Shown here one piece after another: positions 1 through 8,849 of a stretch of 20,000 bases of DNA. The stretch lies in the IMG/VR virus record IMGVR_UViG_3300009658_000598, one strand, 5' to 3'. Each line of letters begins with the position of its first letter. The first letter of the stretch is position 1. Under the pieces are notes generated by a model. It did no database searches and was not told where the DNA came from. It was given only the letters and a program-made list of their open reading frames with translations. The position numbers and the translations under genes are program-made. Origin of the DNA: an uncultured virus (IMG/VR IMGVR_UViG_3300009658_000598). Lineage: Duplodnaviria > Heunggongvirae > Uroviricota > Caudoviricetes.

Positions 1-2
1 AT

Positions 3-1895
3 TTTGAAATTCTGCTGTTCGCTTATGCGGTAAATGAAGGTGCGGTGCAGGTCGTAGATATTGCTTGTGGGGAAGAAGTCCCCGATGAGATCTTGCAGGC
101 ACTGACCGATGATACTGTTACCAAATGGGCATATAACAGCCAATTCGAGCGCGTGTGCCTGTCTTACTGGCTGAGGAAAAACTATCCTCAGTATTTCAGT
201 AGCTACAGCATTGCAGAGGACTCAGTTGGGAACTATCTTGACCCGACTTCGTGGAAATGCTCCCGTATCTGGGGAGCCTATATGGGACTCCCATTATCCC
301 TGAAGGGTATCGGTGCTGTCTTGAAATTGGATGAGCAGAAAATGGAGGAAGGCTCTGGCCTTATCAAATACTTCTGCAAACCATGCCGTCCCACTAAGAA
401 GAACGGTGGCCGCACACGAAATCTGCCAATGCACGATCCTGAAAAATGGGTACTGTTCAAAAAATATAACAAGCGTGATGTCGAGGTAGAACTTGCCATC
501 AAAGAGAAACTGGCAAAATTCCCTGTGCCGGATTTCGTATGGGACGAATATCATCTCGATCAGGAAATCAACGACCGTGGCATTTTGCTGGATATGCACT
601 TTGTAGAACAGGCAATTACGGTGGATGCACAGACCAAAGTATATCTCCACAGTAAAATACAAGAGCAGACAGGTCTTGAAAATCCCAACAGCGTGGTTCA
701 GATGAAGGGCTGGCTTTCAGATAACGGCGTGCAAGCTGAGTCTTTGAATAAGAAAGCTGTAAAGGCACTGATCTCCGACAGCGAAGATCATATTGCTGAT
801 GTACTGTATTACCGTCAGCAGCTTGCCAAGTCCTCCGTCAGCAAATACACAGCCATGCAGAATGCCGTCTGTGCTGATGGCAGGGCAAGGGGAATGTTCC
901 AGTTCTACGGTGCCAATCGTTCCGGGCGGTGGGCAGGCAGACTGATTCAGTTGCAGAATCTTCCGCAAAATCATATGGATGATCTGGAAGAAGCACGAAA
1001 CCTTGTCTGCGATGGCAACTTTGATGCATTGGAAATGCTCTACGATAACATTCCAAATGTACTGTCGGAGCTGATCCGCACCGCCTTTATTCCAAAACCG
1101 GGATACAAGTATATCGTTTCCGATTTCAGTGCAATTGAGGCTCGTGTACTTTCTTTCCTTGCCGGAGAGCAATGGCGTGTTGATGTATTCAAGGCAGGAA
1201 AAGACATTTACTGTGAATCGGCATCACAGATGTTCGGTGTGGCTGTAGTGAAAAACGGCATCAACGGCCATCTACGACAAAAAGGGAAAATCGCAGAGCT
1301 GGCTCTTGGCTACGGCGGCTCTGTCGGTGCATTAAAAGCAATGGGTGCTTTGGACATGGGCCTTTCTGAGGACGAGCTGCAGCCGCTGGTGAATGCTTGG
1401 CGTTCTTCCAATCCGCACATCACGCAGCTATGGTGGGATATTGATGCGGCTGTCAAAAAGGCTGTGATGTATAAAACATCTGTGCAGTCCCACGGTTTCA
1501 GAATTTATTATAAAAGCGGTATGCTGTTCATTGACCTTCCATCCGGCAGACGACTTGTGTATGTAAAACCCCGTATGGGAACAAACCAGTTCGGCTCTGA
1601 CTCTGTCACCTACGAGGGCATCAATACCGGCAAATGGACGAGGATCGAAAGCTACGGGCCAAAATTTGTGGAGAACATCGTTCAGGCGGTCAGTCGTGAT
1701 ATTCTTGCATATGCGATGAAAACCCTCTCGCACTGCTTCATCTGTGGTCATGTCCACGATGAACTCATCATCGAGTGCAGTCCCGATGTATCACTCTCTG
1801 CAGTGTGTGAACAGATGGGCAGAACCCCTCCGTGGATCAGTGGCTTGCTACTCCGGGCAGACGGATACGAATGCAGCTTTTATCAGAAACAATAA
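3..1895 (+). CDS. Phage/island-type family A DNA polymerase with 3'-5' exonuclease domain (5' end outside the window)
   Basis: The frame is open from base 3 (FEILLFAYAVNEGAVQVVDIA...), so the GTG at 45 is not the true start. ExoII-like AYNSQFERVCL, ExoIII-like YNKRDV, motif A DFSAIEARVL, motif B RQKGKIAELALGYG, motif C HVHDE. Confidence 0.93.
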   Translation, partial: FEILLFAYAVNEGAVQVVDIACGEEVPDEILQALTDDTVTKWAYNSQFERVCLSYWLRKNYPQYFSSYSIAEDSVGNYLDPTSWKCSRIWGAYMGLPLSLKGIGAVLKLDEQKMEEGSGLIKYFCKPCRPTKKNGGRTRNLPMHDPEKWVLFKKYNKRDVEVELAIKEKLAKFPVPDFVWDEYHLDQEINDRGILLDMHFVEQAITVDAQTKVYLHSKIQEQTGLENPNSVVQMKGWLSDNGVQAESLNKKAVKALISDSEDHIADVLYYRQQLAKSSVSKYTAMQNAVCADGRARGMFQFYGANRSGRWAGRLIQLQNLPQNHMDDLEEARNLVCDGNFDALEMLYDNIPNVLSELIRTAFIPKPGYKYIVSDFSAIEARVLSFLAGEQWRVDVFKAGKDIYCESASQMFGVAVVKNGINGHLRQKGKIAELALGYGGSVGALKAMGALDMGLSEDELQPLVNAWRSSNPHITQLWWDIDAAVKKAVMYKTSVQSHGFRIYYKSGMLFIDLPSGRRLVYVKPRMGTNQFGSDSVTYEGINTGKWTRIESYGPKFVENIVQAVSRDILAYAMKTLSHCFICGHVHDELIIECSPDVSLSAVCEQMGRTPPWISGLLLRADGYECSFYQKQ

Positions 1896-1942
1896 AAAAT
1901 TGGCAGCAGTGCTGACCTTTGTTTGGTCGGTACTGCTGCCGA
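1893..1942. terminator. Intrinsic terminator hairpin between convergent Pol A gene and mcrC, likely bidirectional
   Basis: GGCAGCAGTGCTGACC (1902-1917) pairs with GGTCGGTACTGCTGCC (1925-1940), using two G-U pairs on the + strand. The A-run at 1894-1899 gives a U-tract on the - strand. Confidence 0.8.
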
Positions 1943-1964
1943 TGTATTTATGGATGCATTTTTC

Positions 1965-3020
1965 CTATTTCACAAAATGCTCATCTACTATTCTATTCAG
2001 CTGCAATGCAATCTCGGCAAAATCCTGATTTAAATCAAGAGTCTTTACGCTGATTTTGTTTCCACTCATAAGATAGCTATTATCTGGTTGAATTGCCTCA
2101 TCTGTGGCTGCATATAAAAGCATACCCGAAACCGTGTGAGGGGCATCGCCAAATTCAGTGTCTTTGTTTTTTACATATGTAAAAATCTGATAGAGATTCC
2201 CGGAATGCAGTGAATGAACATCGTATTGTGTTTGTGTGGTGTGCGTGTAATACTTTGCATCAATAATTAGAACTGTACTCCCTTGTGTCAGCATAATATC
2301 ACTCTGCATCACCGGAAGCATCGTCCCAATCCCATCATCCAGTGCCCACGGAATTTGCGAGGCTGTTGCCTTTACCTGCGGACACTCCTTGGAATAGTAT
2401 TCCAGAATAAACTTCTCATACAACCGATTCATCCGTTGTTCGTCAACGAATGATGCCAATCGATATTCACCTGAATCAGTAGTTAAGAGCATTCCATCTA
2501 AAATGAGCTGACAAATGCTTATGAGCATCCGATAGGTATTGTTATTCCTCTGAAAACGAATAGCCGACCAGCGTATAGAATTCGGATCTATCATATCCAC
2601 ATTCGAGAAAAACAACATCTCTTTTTTCAGGTCGTTCTTATATTCCTGGCTCACTCTTGAATGTTGGAGCAAAAGCATAACAGTAGTTTTCAGAATCTGA
2701 TTTAGAAGATTGTTTTCTGAAAGTTCATCATATTCACAAGTCAAAATTCGCTTTCTGGCTAAGCGATTTTGAATCGTTCCCGGCATATCAATTTTCCCTC
2801 GAACAACAGGCACATCTTCCTTGCGGTTCAGATATTCCCGATACAGACCTTGCTTTAGCTGCCTGCCAATGCCTTTGGAAAGGATTGCCGCAAATAAATT
2901 GTGTATGTTTTCAAATTCTTCCGTAGCAACATCCTCATAACCGCCCTGATTCAGTGTAGTAAAAGCATATGAAAGCATATAGTATATATTTTTTATGAAG
3001 ATGCTCTTGTCTTTAATCAT
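1965..3020 (-). CDS. mcrC: McrC-family PD-(D/E)XK nuclease subunit of a modification-dependent (type IV) restriction system
   Basis: N-terminal IFIKNIYYMLSYAF, catalytic SDIML...IIDAKYY and NLYQIFTY. Start placed at the ATG at 3020, which overlaps the mcrB stop as ATGA. Confidence 0.92.
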   Translation of the reverse strand: MIKDKSIFIKNIYYMLSYAFTTLNQGGYEDVATEEFENIHNLFAAILSKGIGRQLKQGLYREYLNRKEDVPVVRGKIDMPGTIQNRLARKRILTCEYDELSENNLLNQILKTTVMLLLQHSRVSQEYKNDLKKEMLFFSNVDMIDPNSIRWSAIRFQRNNNTYRMLISICQLILDGMLLTTDSGEYRLASFVDEQRMNRLYEKFILEYYSKECPQVKATASQIPWALDDGIGTMLPVMQSDIMLTQGSTVLIIDAKYYTHTTQTQYDVHSLHSGNLYQIFTYVKNKDTEFGDAPHTVSGMLLYAATDEAIQPDNSYLMSGNKISVKTLDLNQDFAEIALQLNRIVDEHFVK

Positions 3021-5515
3021 TGAAACACACCCTGCAAAACATTTTCCCATCTTTGGAGTTTGTTCGAATCATCAAACCAGTATTCGCTGAGCATTGGCAA
3101 AATATCATAATCCACGATAGAGTGTAGCCACTCATCTGTGCAGATATCTTTACCGCAGAAATAGCTGTGCCCAATGCAGAATCCCTTTCCCAGAGATTTA
3201 TCCAGAGTAATCTCACGATTTAATTCCTTCACCTTTGATATCAGCTCATTCAGAGTTTCATTATTTAGTGCATTTTGATATTTTATAAATCCGTCAGAAT
3301 CAAATCCTGGCTCCACCTCGAAGAAGCTGAATCGGCGGCGCAGGGCATAATCAATCATAGCAAGGCTGCGGTCTGCTGTATTCATCATACCGATGATATA
3401 AAGATTTTTGGGGACAGAGAAAGAAAGTCCATTGTACGCCAGCGTTGCCTTCGTGCCTCTGTAGTCCCGTTCAATCAACATCAGCAGTTCTCCGAAAATC
3501 TTACTCATGTTTCCGCGGTTAATCTCATCAATGATGAAAAAGAAATCTTTATCCGGCTGGTTGGCTGCTTTCTGACAAAATCGATAGAAAATACCATATT
3601 TCAGCTCGAAACCGTCCTCTACCGGCTTATATCCCATCATGAAATCCTCATAGGAATAGTTCTGATGGAACTGCACAAACTCTATGCAGTTGTCATCTTT
3701 TTCGCCCATCATCGACCATGCCAGTCTTCTGGCTGCAAAGGTCTTACCAACGCCTGGAGCCCCCTGCAGGATGATGTTCTTCTTATTCTGAAGTACCGCC
3801 ACGAGGCTTTCGTAGCGTTTCTCGGTCATATACACCTCATTAAGGAAATCGTCTTTTGTGTATTCCTCTATGGTTTCTTCAGCTGATATAGGATTCGCTT
3901 CTCTCACAATATCAAGAATAAAATCATATTCCTCTTTTGTCAGCCGGAACAGACTACCCTGTGCATTCTGGAAATACTCCATCTGCTCCAGTTCAGGGCA
4001 CGCCTTCAATACCGCATAATCAATTGGTGAAGCAAAACTCTCCACCTTTTCAAACAAAATCTTCTCACCATCATTGGCAGCGGTAATCTGTCCGAGAGCT
4101 ACGACCTGTTTTACAGGATTCGACTCATAGCCGATAATCATGTCACCGGCCTTTGCATCCAAAAAGTTCTGAAAAATGCGGCGCTTGTTTCCGTTCTCAT
4201 TATAAAGCGTATAAGACTGCGTCTCACCGACAGCGATGCCACTAAAGCTCCAAATTTTAGGATTGGCATTCAACCACCAATATCCAGGGGCATCTTTATC
4301 CTCTGAAACTGGTTCATCAGGTAATTCATCTATTAAATTAAGCAGTCTCCTTACCACATCGGGATAAGGTGTTAAGTCCGTCAAGGTTTTCATAGGTGCA
4401 TTTCCCGGATACTGCCATTCACCCTTATGTGTCCATCTAACCTTGCGCACATTTTTAAAGTGTTCTTCATGCTCATCAAAAATGTAATCAGATTCAACAA
4501 CTCCGCAGCCCACCAGCAAACGCAGACCTTTTTTTGCAAACACTATATCCCCAGGGTTGATTTCATTTGCGAACTGCCATGTTGCGTGAGCATCATTTTT
4601 ATGGGAACTGTCATCCGAAAATATCTCCTGCATTTTTTTCGCCATTTCATCTTTGCTATGAAATGCATGAAGATTTCCTAACGCTTCCCAACCAATCGCC
4701 ATAATCCCAGCATTATAGAATTCATCCCAATTTTCCGCACCGTCACCAGGAGAGTAAATCCAATAACGCTTTTTTGCTGCCGAATCACTATCAGCCGCTG
4801 TATCTTTTTCACCAGTGCTTTCTTCTGATTTTTCATCCACTATATAACGGCTGATATAAAATCCAACATCAATGGTCAGCGTCTTCAATTCCGGGTCGGG
4901 ATAGCAGGTATCCGTCAGCTGCGACCGGAGCAAATTCACCAATTCAGTGTCTTCTTTCAGTGCAGTACTGATTTCGTCATAAAGGCGCAAAAAATTACGG
5001 ATGTTATCTGCATAGGCACCCTTTTTGAATTGATAGTCCGATTCCAGTTCACCGGCAACTTTCTTTATCTCACCGAATTTATAGATATAATACTTGTTCG
5101 GATAGCGAAGCCAAAGATAAGTACTAATGGCATTCTCATACTGATAGTGCTGCGCCGCACCGTTTCCATACTTCTCTAAAAGAATAGAGGACTGCAGTTT
5201 GAACGCATTCATGCGTTCAAAAACATCTTTATTTTCATCAAAGAGGTCGAGAAACATAGCTCGTACTTCTTCCGGTGCGGCTTTTGCAAAGCCAATAATC
5301 ATGCCCTTTGGAAAATTGTTATTGGAAGCCAGCAAATTATATGTTTTCGCCAGAGAGCGTTCCAACATCTCTGGGAAGTCCTTAGCATTGACATCCCAAT
5401 TATCCTGAAACCATTTTACAGCTTCCCACTTATATTTTTCGTTGCCCCACTGCGTGGAAACAAAGTTCTGTTTATACCGTGCCAGTGCATCTTTTAACCG
5501 AAATTTATCAAACAT
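3017..5515 (-). CDS. mcrB: McrB-family AAA+ GTPase with extended N-terminal DNA-reading modules (PUA-like and EVE-like domains)
   Basis: Walker A GAPGVGKT, VQFHQNYSYEDF, Walker B IIDEINRGN, McrB signature MNTADRS, ALRRRF, IGHSYF. Lies directly upstream of mcrC. EVE-like YWWLNANPKIW...AKAGDMIIGYES segment. Confidence 0.92.
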   Translation of the reverse strand: MFDKFRLKDALARYKQNFVSTQWGNEKYKWEAVKWFQDNWDVNAKDFPEMLERSLAKTYNLLASNNNFPKGMIIGFAKAAPEEVRAMFLDLFDENKDVFERMNAFKLQSSILLEKYGNGAAQHYQYENAISTYLWLRYPNKYYIYKFGEIKKVAGELESDYQFKKGAYADNIRNFLRLYDEISTALKEDTELVNLLRSQLTDTCYPDPELKTLTIDVGFYISRYIVDEKSEESTGEKDTAADSDSAAKKRYWIYSPGDGAENWDEFYNAGIMAIGWEALGNLHAFHSKDEMAKKMQEIFSDDSSHKNDAHATWQFANEINPGDIVFAKKGLRLLVGCGVVESDYIFDEHEEHFKNVRKVRWTHKGEWQYPGNAPMKTLTDLTPYPDVVRRLLNLIDELPDEPVSEDKDAPGYWWLNANPKIWSFSGIAVGETQSYTLYNENGNKRRIFQNFLDAKAGDMIIGYESNPVKQVVALGQITAANDGEKILFEKVESFASPIDYAVLKACPELEQMEYFQNAQGSLFRLTKEEYDFILDIVREANPISAEETIEEYTKDDFLNEVYMTEKRYESLVAVLQNKKNIILQGAPGVGKTFAARRLAWSMMGEKDDNCIEFVQFHQNYSYEDFMMGYKPVEDGFELKYGIFYRFCQKAANQPDKDFFFIIDEINRGNMSKIFGELLMLIERDYRGTKATLAYNGLSFSVPKNLYIIGMMNTADRSLAMIDYALRRRFSFFEVEPGFDSDGFIKYQNALNNETLNELISKVKELNREITLDKSLGKGFCIGHSYFCGKDICTDEWLHSIVDYDILPMLSEYWFDDSNKLQRWENVLQGVFQ

Positions 5516-5527
5516 AAAATCGCCCCC

Positions 5528-8494
5528 TTATGCCTTTCGCAAGCTCTTGTATATCTCTTCTGTAAAGATACCAAGTACCTGCTTTTTGATTTCATCATTA
5601 CTGAGCAGCAACGAAAAGAAATCTTGATTTTGCTCCAATCCTTCAATCAGTGCGTCATCTATATCATCAAAATACGAGAATTCAAAGTCTTTGACGGTAT
5701 TATTCTTTGCACTGGTTTTCAGTTTGTCGGATTTCAGCAGAATATCCCTAATCTGAAGCATTGCCTTTACCGCGACATCATTATCATAGGATTTTCCTGT
5801 GCGGCTGTTTATTTCTGCGATAATCTGTGAAAGTCGTTCTTCCTTTGCCTCTGTCAGACCAAAGTTCTCTGCCGTAGGTAATTTCACTATCGGCTGCGCC
5901 GTCAGATTTGGCTTGGTATGCTCTTCTGCTTTTTTCTGAACGAAATTTGTAGCCTTGATTTTGCCGTCCAAATTATAGCCACCGCCCGGATGCTTAATGT
6001 TGATGTATGCCAGCAGGTAAGTGATGAAGTTGTACTTCTTATGAAGATCGGTATCCTCAAAACACGATACCTGTAGCAGAAACTCGTAAAACCGTACAAA
6101 GTGCCGCATCTTTGATACAATATCCTGCTGTATGGCAATCTCATACTGCTCAATCATATTTTTTGCACGCTTAAAGTAAAATGTCAGCTTCTGCTTATCC
6201 TTCGATGAAATATTTTTCTTATAGAGCAGGTCGTTTGCCTTTTCAATGTCATCCGGGTCAAGAACGGTATACGCATCTATCTGTGCTTCCATATCATAAA
6301 TGGCAGTAGGCGTTACAGATGTAGAAAGTAATGTGGTTGTGTAAAACGGTGCGAATGCTGCTTTGATATCCTCGTATGTATTTGCAAAGTCCAGCACAAA
6401 AGTTTTCTTCTCGAACGGTGGGCAGATACGGTTCAAGCGGGAAAGCGTCTGAACGGCAGATACGCCCTTCAGCTTTTTCAGCACATACATAGCGCAGAGC
6501 TTCGGCTGGTCAAACCCAGTCTGATATTTATTAGCGACCAGAAGCACCTGATATTCGTCCTTGTCAAATTCCTTAGTCAGACGATCCTCTGGGAAGCCGT
6601 TCATGGATGCCTCGGAATATTCGGTATCATCGTCTGGGAGTTTCACCTTGCCGGAAAAAGCCACCAGCGCTTTAATGTCCGAGTAGCCCTTCTTCTTGGT
6701 ATAGTCTTCAAAAGCCTGGCGGTACTTCACAGCCCCCTGTCTGGATGCTGTGATGACCATTGCCTTTGCCATGCCACCTAGTTCCGGCATAACGGTCGTG
6801 CGGAAATGCTCCACGATAACCTCCACCCGCTGGGCAATATTCGTTTCATGCAGCTCCACAAAACGGGCAATCTGCCGCTTGGCATCAACTGTTTTGCACC
6901 GAGGGTCTTCTTCGATTTCCTTATTGATCTGATAGAAGGTGTCGTAAGTCGTATAATTCTGAAGGACATCGAGAATAAAGCCTTCCTCAATGGCTTGCTT
7001 CATGGAGTAGATATGGAATGCTTCACGCTGACCTTTCGTGTTTAAACGACCGAACAGCTGAATGGTTGTCGGCTTTGGTGTCGCTGTAAAAGCAAACATG
7101 GATACATTCGCCTGTTTGCCGTTTCTGCGGATTTCATCCGTAATCATATCTTCAACATCGGCACCCTCTTGTTCTCCTGCACCAAGAGACTTTGTGACAG
7201 CCGCCATGTCCTTACCCGCTGTGGAGGAATGTGCTTCATCAATAATAACAGCGAAACGCTTATTTTTTAGTCCGGCTACGCTGTCCACAATATACGGGAA
7301 TTTCTGAATTGTAGTTGCAATGATTTTCGTATTGCCGTTCAGAGCAATAGCAAGGTCAGCGGAGTTACACTTATCGTCCATGACTCGGATAAGACCCGCT
7401 TTATGCTCCATACCCATGATGGCTTTCTGCAGCTGACGGTCAACCACGACTCTGTCGGTGATGATCACGACATTGTCAAAAATGATTTTGTTGTCTGCAT
7501 CATGCAGAGAAGTCAGACGGTGTGCCAGCCATGCAATAGAGTTCGTTTTGCCAGAGCCTGCGCTGTGCTGAATCAGATAGTTCTGCGTAGTGCCGTTGTC
7601 ACGGACATCACCCAGCAGCTTGCGAATCACATCGAGCTGATGATATCGAGGGAATATCACATTCTCGGACTTTTTCGTTTTCCCTGTCAGCTCGTCCTTG
7701 CTTTCTTTGTTTTCTATAAAGATAAACTTGCTGATGAGGTCGAGAACGGCATCCTTTGTCAGAATGTCCTCCCACATATAGGACACGCTGTATTTGTCTT
7801 TGAAAGTAGGGTTTCCCGCACCAGCATTAACCCCTTCGCCGTTGCCCATGTTAAATGGCAGGAAGAAAGTGGCGTTGCCTGCGAGCTTGGTGGTCATATA
7901 GACCTGCTCCAGATCCATTGCAAAGTTCACAAGGCATCCGGCCTTAAACCAGAACAGACGGGTTTTCGGGTCACGGTCTACACGGAACTGATAGATGGCA
8001 TCCTGATAGGACTGACCTGCGGCATTGCATTTCAGTTCAAAGGACATAATAGCAAGACCATTCAGGAAAATCACCAAGTCAATACGTTCATCATCGCTTG
8101 CCCAGACTTCCTCCATGACGGAGAAAATATTCTTTTCGTATTTCGCCAGAAGCTCACGGTTGAAGGTGGTTGCAGGCTTGGTGTACATGAGTTCCAGCTT
8201 CATGTTGGAAATCTCAATGCCGTGCTTCAGCACATCCAGCAGACTGCCGCGGGTCTTAGTTACCTCGGCATTGATAAAGCTGACAAGGGTATCCTCCAAA
8301 TCAGATTTATAGATTTTGCGGAGTGCCTCCATCTCATCTGGCTGGGTATCGTTCAGAAACTGAAACAGCAGCTCACGATCCATAGCAAACAGACGGTCAT
8401 AGCTGGTTGCCTTGCGGATGATATAACCGTTATCCTGCGAGAGCCTGTCCATGATGAAATGCTGATATTCTTTTTCCGAGAGAATATTATTCAT
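5528..8494 (-). CDS. hsdR: Type I restriction-modification restriction subunit R
   Basis: Nuclease motif DLVIFLNGLAIMSFELK, HSAGSGKT, IIDEAHSS, FTATP, QTGFDQP, QTLSRLNR. Start placed at the ATG at 8494 (MNNILSEKEY), preceded by GGAAAGGAG. Confidence 0.95.
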   Translation of the reverse strand: MNNILSEKEYQHFIMDRLSQDNGYIIRKATSYDRLFAMDRELLFQFLNDTQPDEMEALRKIYKSDLEDTLVSFINAEVTKTRGSLLDVLKHGIEISNMKLELMYTKPATTFNRELLAKYEKNIFSVMEEVWASDDERIDLVIFLNGLAIMSFELKCNAAGQSYQDAIYQFRVDRDPKTRLFWFKAGCLVNFAMDLEQVYMTTKLAGNATFFLPFNMGNGEGVNAGAGNPTFKDKYSVSYMWEDILTKDAVLDLISKFIFIENKESKDELTGKTKKSENVIFPRYHQLDVIRKLLGDVRDNGTTQNYLIQHSAGSGKTNSIAWLAHRLTSLHDADNKIIFDNVVIITDRVVVDRQLQKAIMGMEHKAGLIRVMDDKCNSADLAIALNGNTKIIATTIQKFPYIVDSVAGLKNKRFAVIIDEAHSSTAGKDMAAVTKSLGAGEQEGADVEDMITDEIRRNGKQANVSMFAFTATPKPTTIQLFGRLNTKGQREAFHIYSMKQAIEEGFILDVLQNYTTYDTFYQINKEIEEDPRCKTVDAKRQIARFVELHETNIAQRVEVIVEHFRTTVMPELGGMAKAMVITASRQGAVKYRQAFEDYTKKKGYSDIKALVAFSGKVKLPDDDTEYSEASMNGFPEDRLTKEFDKDEYQVLLVANKYQTGFDQPKLCAMYVLKKLKGVSAVQTLSRLNRICPPFEKKTFVLDFANTYEDIKAAFAPFYTTTLLSTSVTPTAIYDMEAQIDAYTVLDPDDIEKANDLLYKKNISSKDKQKLTFYFKRAKNMIEQYEIAIQQDIVSKMRHFVRFYEFLLQVSCFEDTDLHKKYNFITYLLAYINIKHPGGGYNLDGKIKATNFVQKKAEEHTKPNLTAQPIVKLPTAENFGLTEAKEERLSQIIAEINSRTGKSYDNDVAVKAMLQIRDILLKSDKLKTSAKNNTVKDFEFSYFDDIDDALIEGLEQNQDFFSLLLSNDEIKKQVLGIFTEEIYKSLRKA

Positions 8495-8849
8495 GATCTG
8501 GCTCCTTTCCTCGTAATATATAGTGTCTACCATAATCATCACTAAACACGACATCAATCAACCGAACGCCGTTTTGCACATAAACTTCGCACCATGTATC
8601 TGCGCAGTGGTTTCCAAGCCATCTTTCCTGAATGCTGTAAATCACTGAACTGGTTTTATCTACCCAATATGCAATGGCATCGTTGACTTCATCAGTAAAG
8701 TGAGCAGGAATACCTACTCTGGAACTAAAGCCCTCAACGGCAACTTGCAATAAAAACAGTTCATCCCTATCTTTTAGCACCTTTAGAAATTCAGCACCTT
8801 TTACCACCATACACGGAGTATCTTTATGATAGGAGTATTCAACTTTCAT
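8487..8849 (-). CDS. Hypothetical 120-aa protein between hsdS and hsdR
   Basis: Start overlaps the hsdS stop by 4 nt and the end overlaps the hsdR start by 8 nt, consistent with translational coupling. No recognisable motif. Confidence 0.75.
   Translation of the reverse strand: MKVEYSYHKDTPCMVVKGAEFLKVLKDRDELFLLQVAVEGFSSRVGIPAHFTDEVNDAIAYWVDKTSSVIYSIQERWLGNHCADTWCEVYVQNGVRLIDVVFSDDYGRHYILRGKEPDHE

Noticed and set aside
3021..3050. Longer mcrC start given by the ORF track
   Set aside because: The ATG at 3020 gives the typical ATGA coupling with mcrB and a family-like N-terminus.
7403..8545. 380-aa + strand ORF and the other antisense or alternate-frame ORFs inside pol, mcrB, hsdR, hsdM and the RloC-like gene
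   Set aside because: They lie wholly within well-supported genes and show no motifs or RBS; they are shadow ORFs.
8495..8557. Longer hsdR start given by the ORF track
   Set aside because: It would overlap the 120-aa gene by 71 nt; the ATG at 8494 has a strong RBS.
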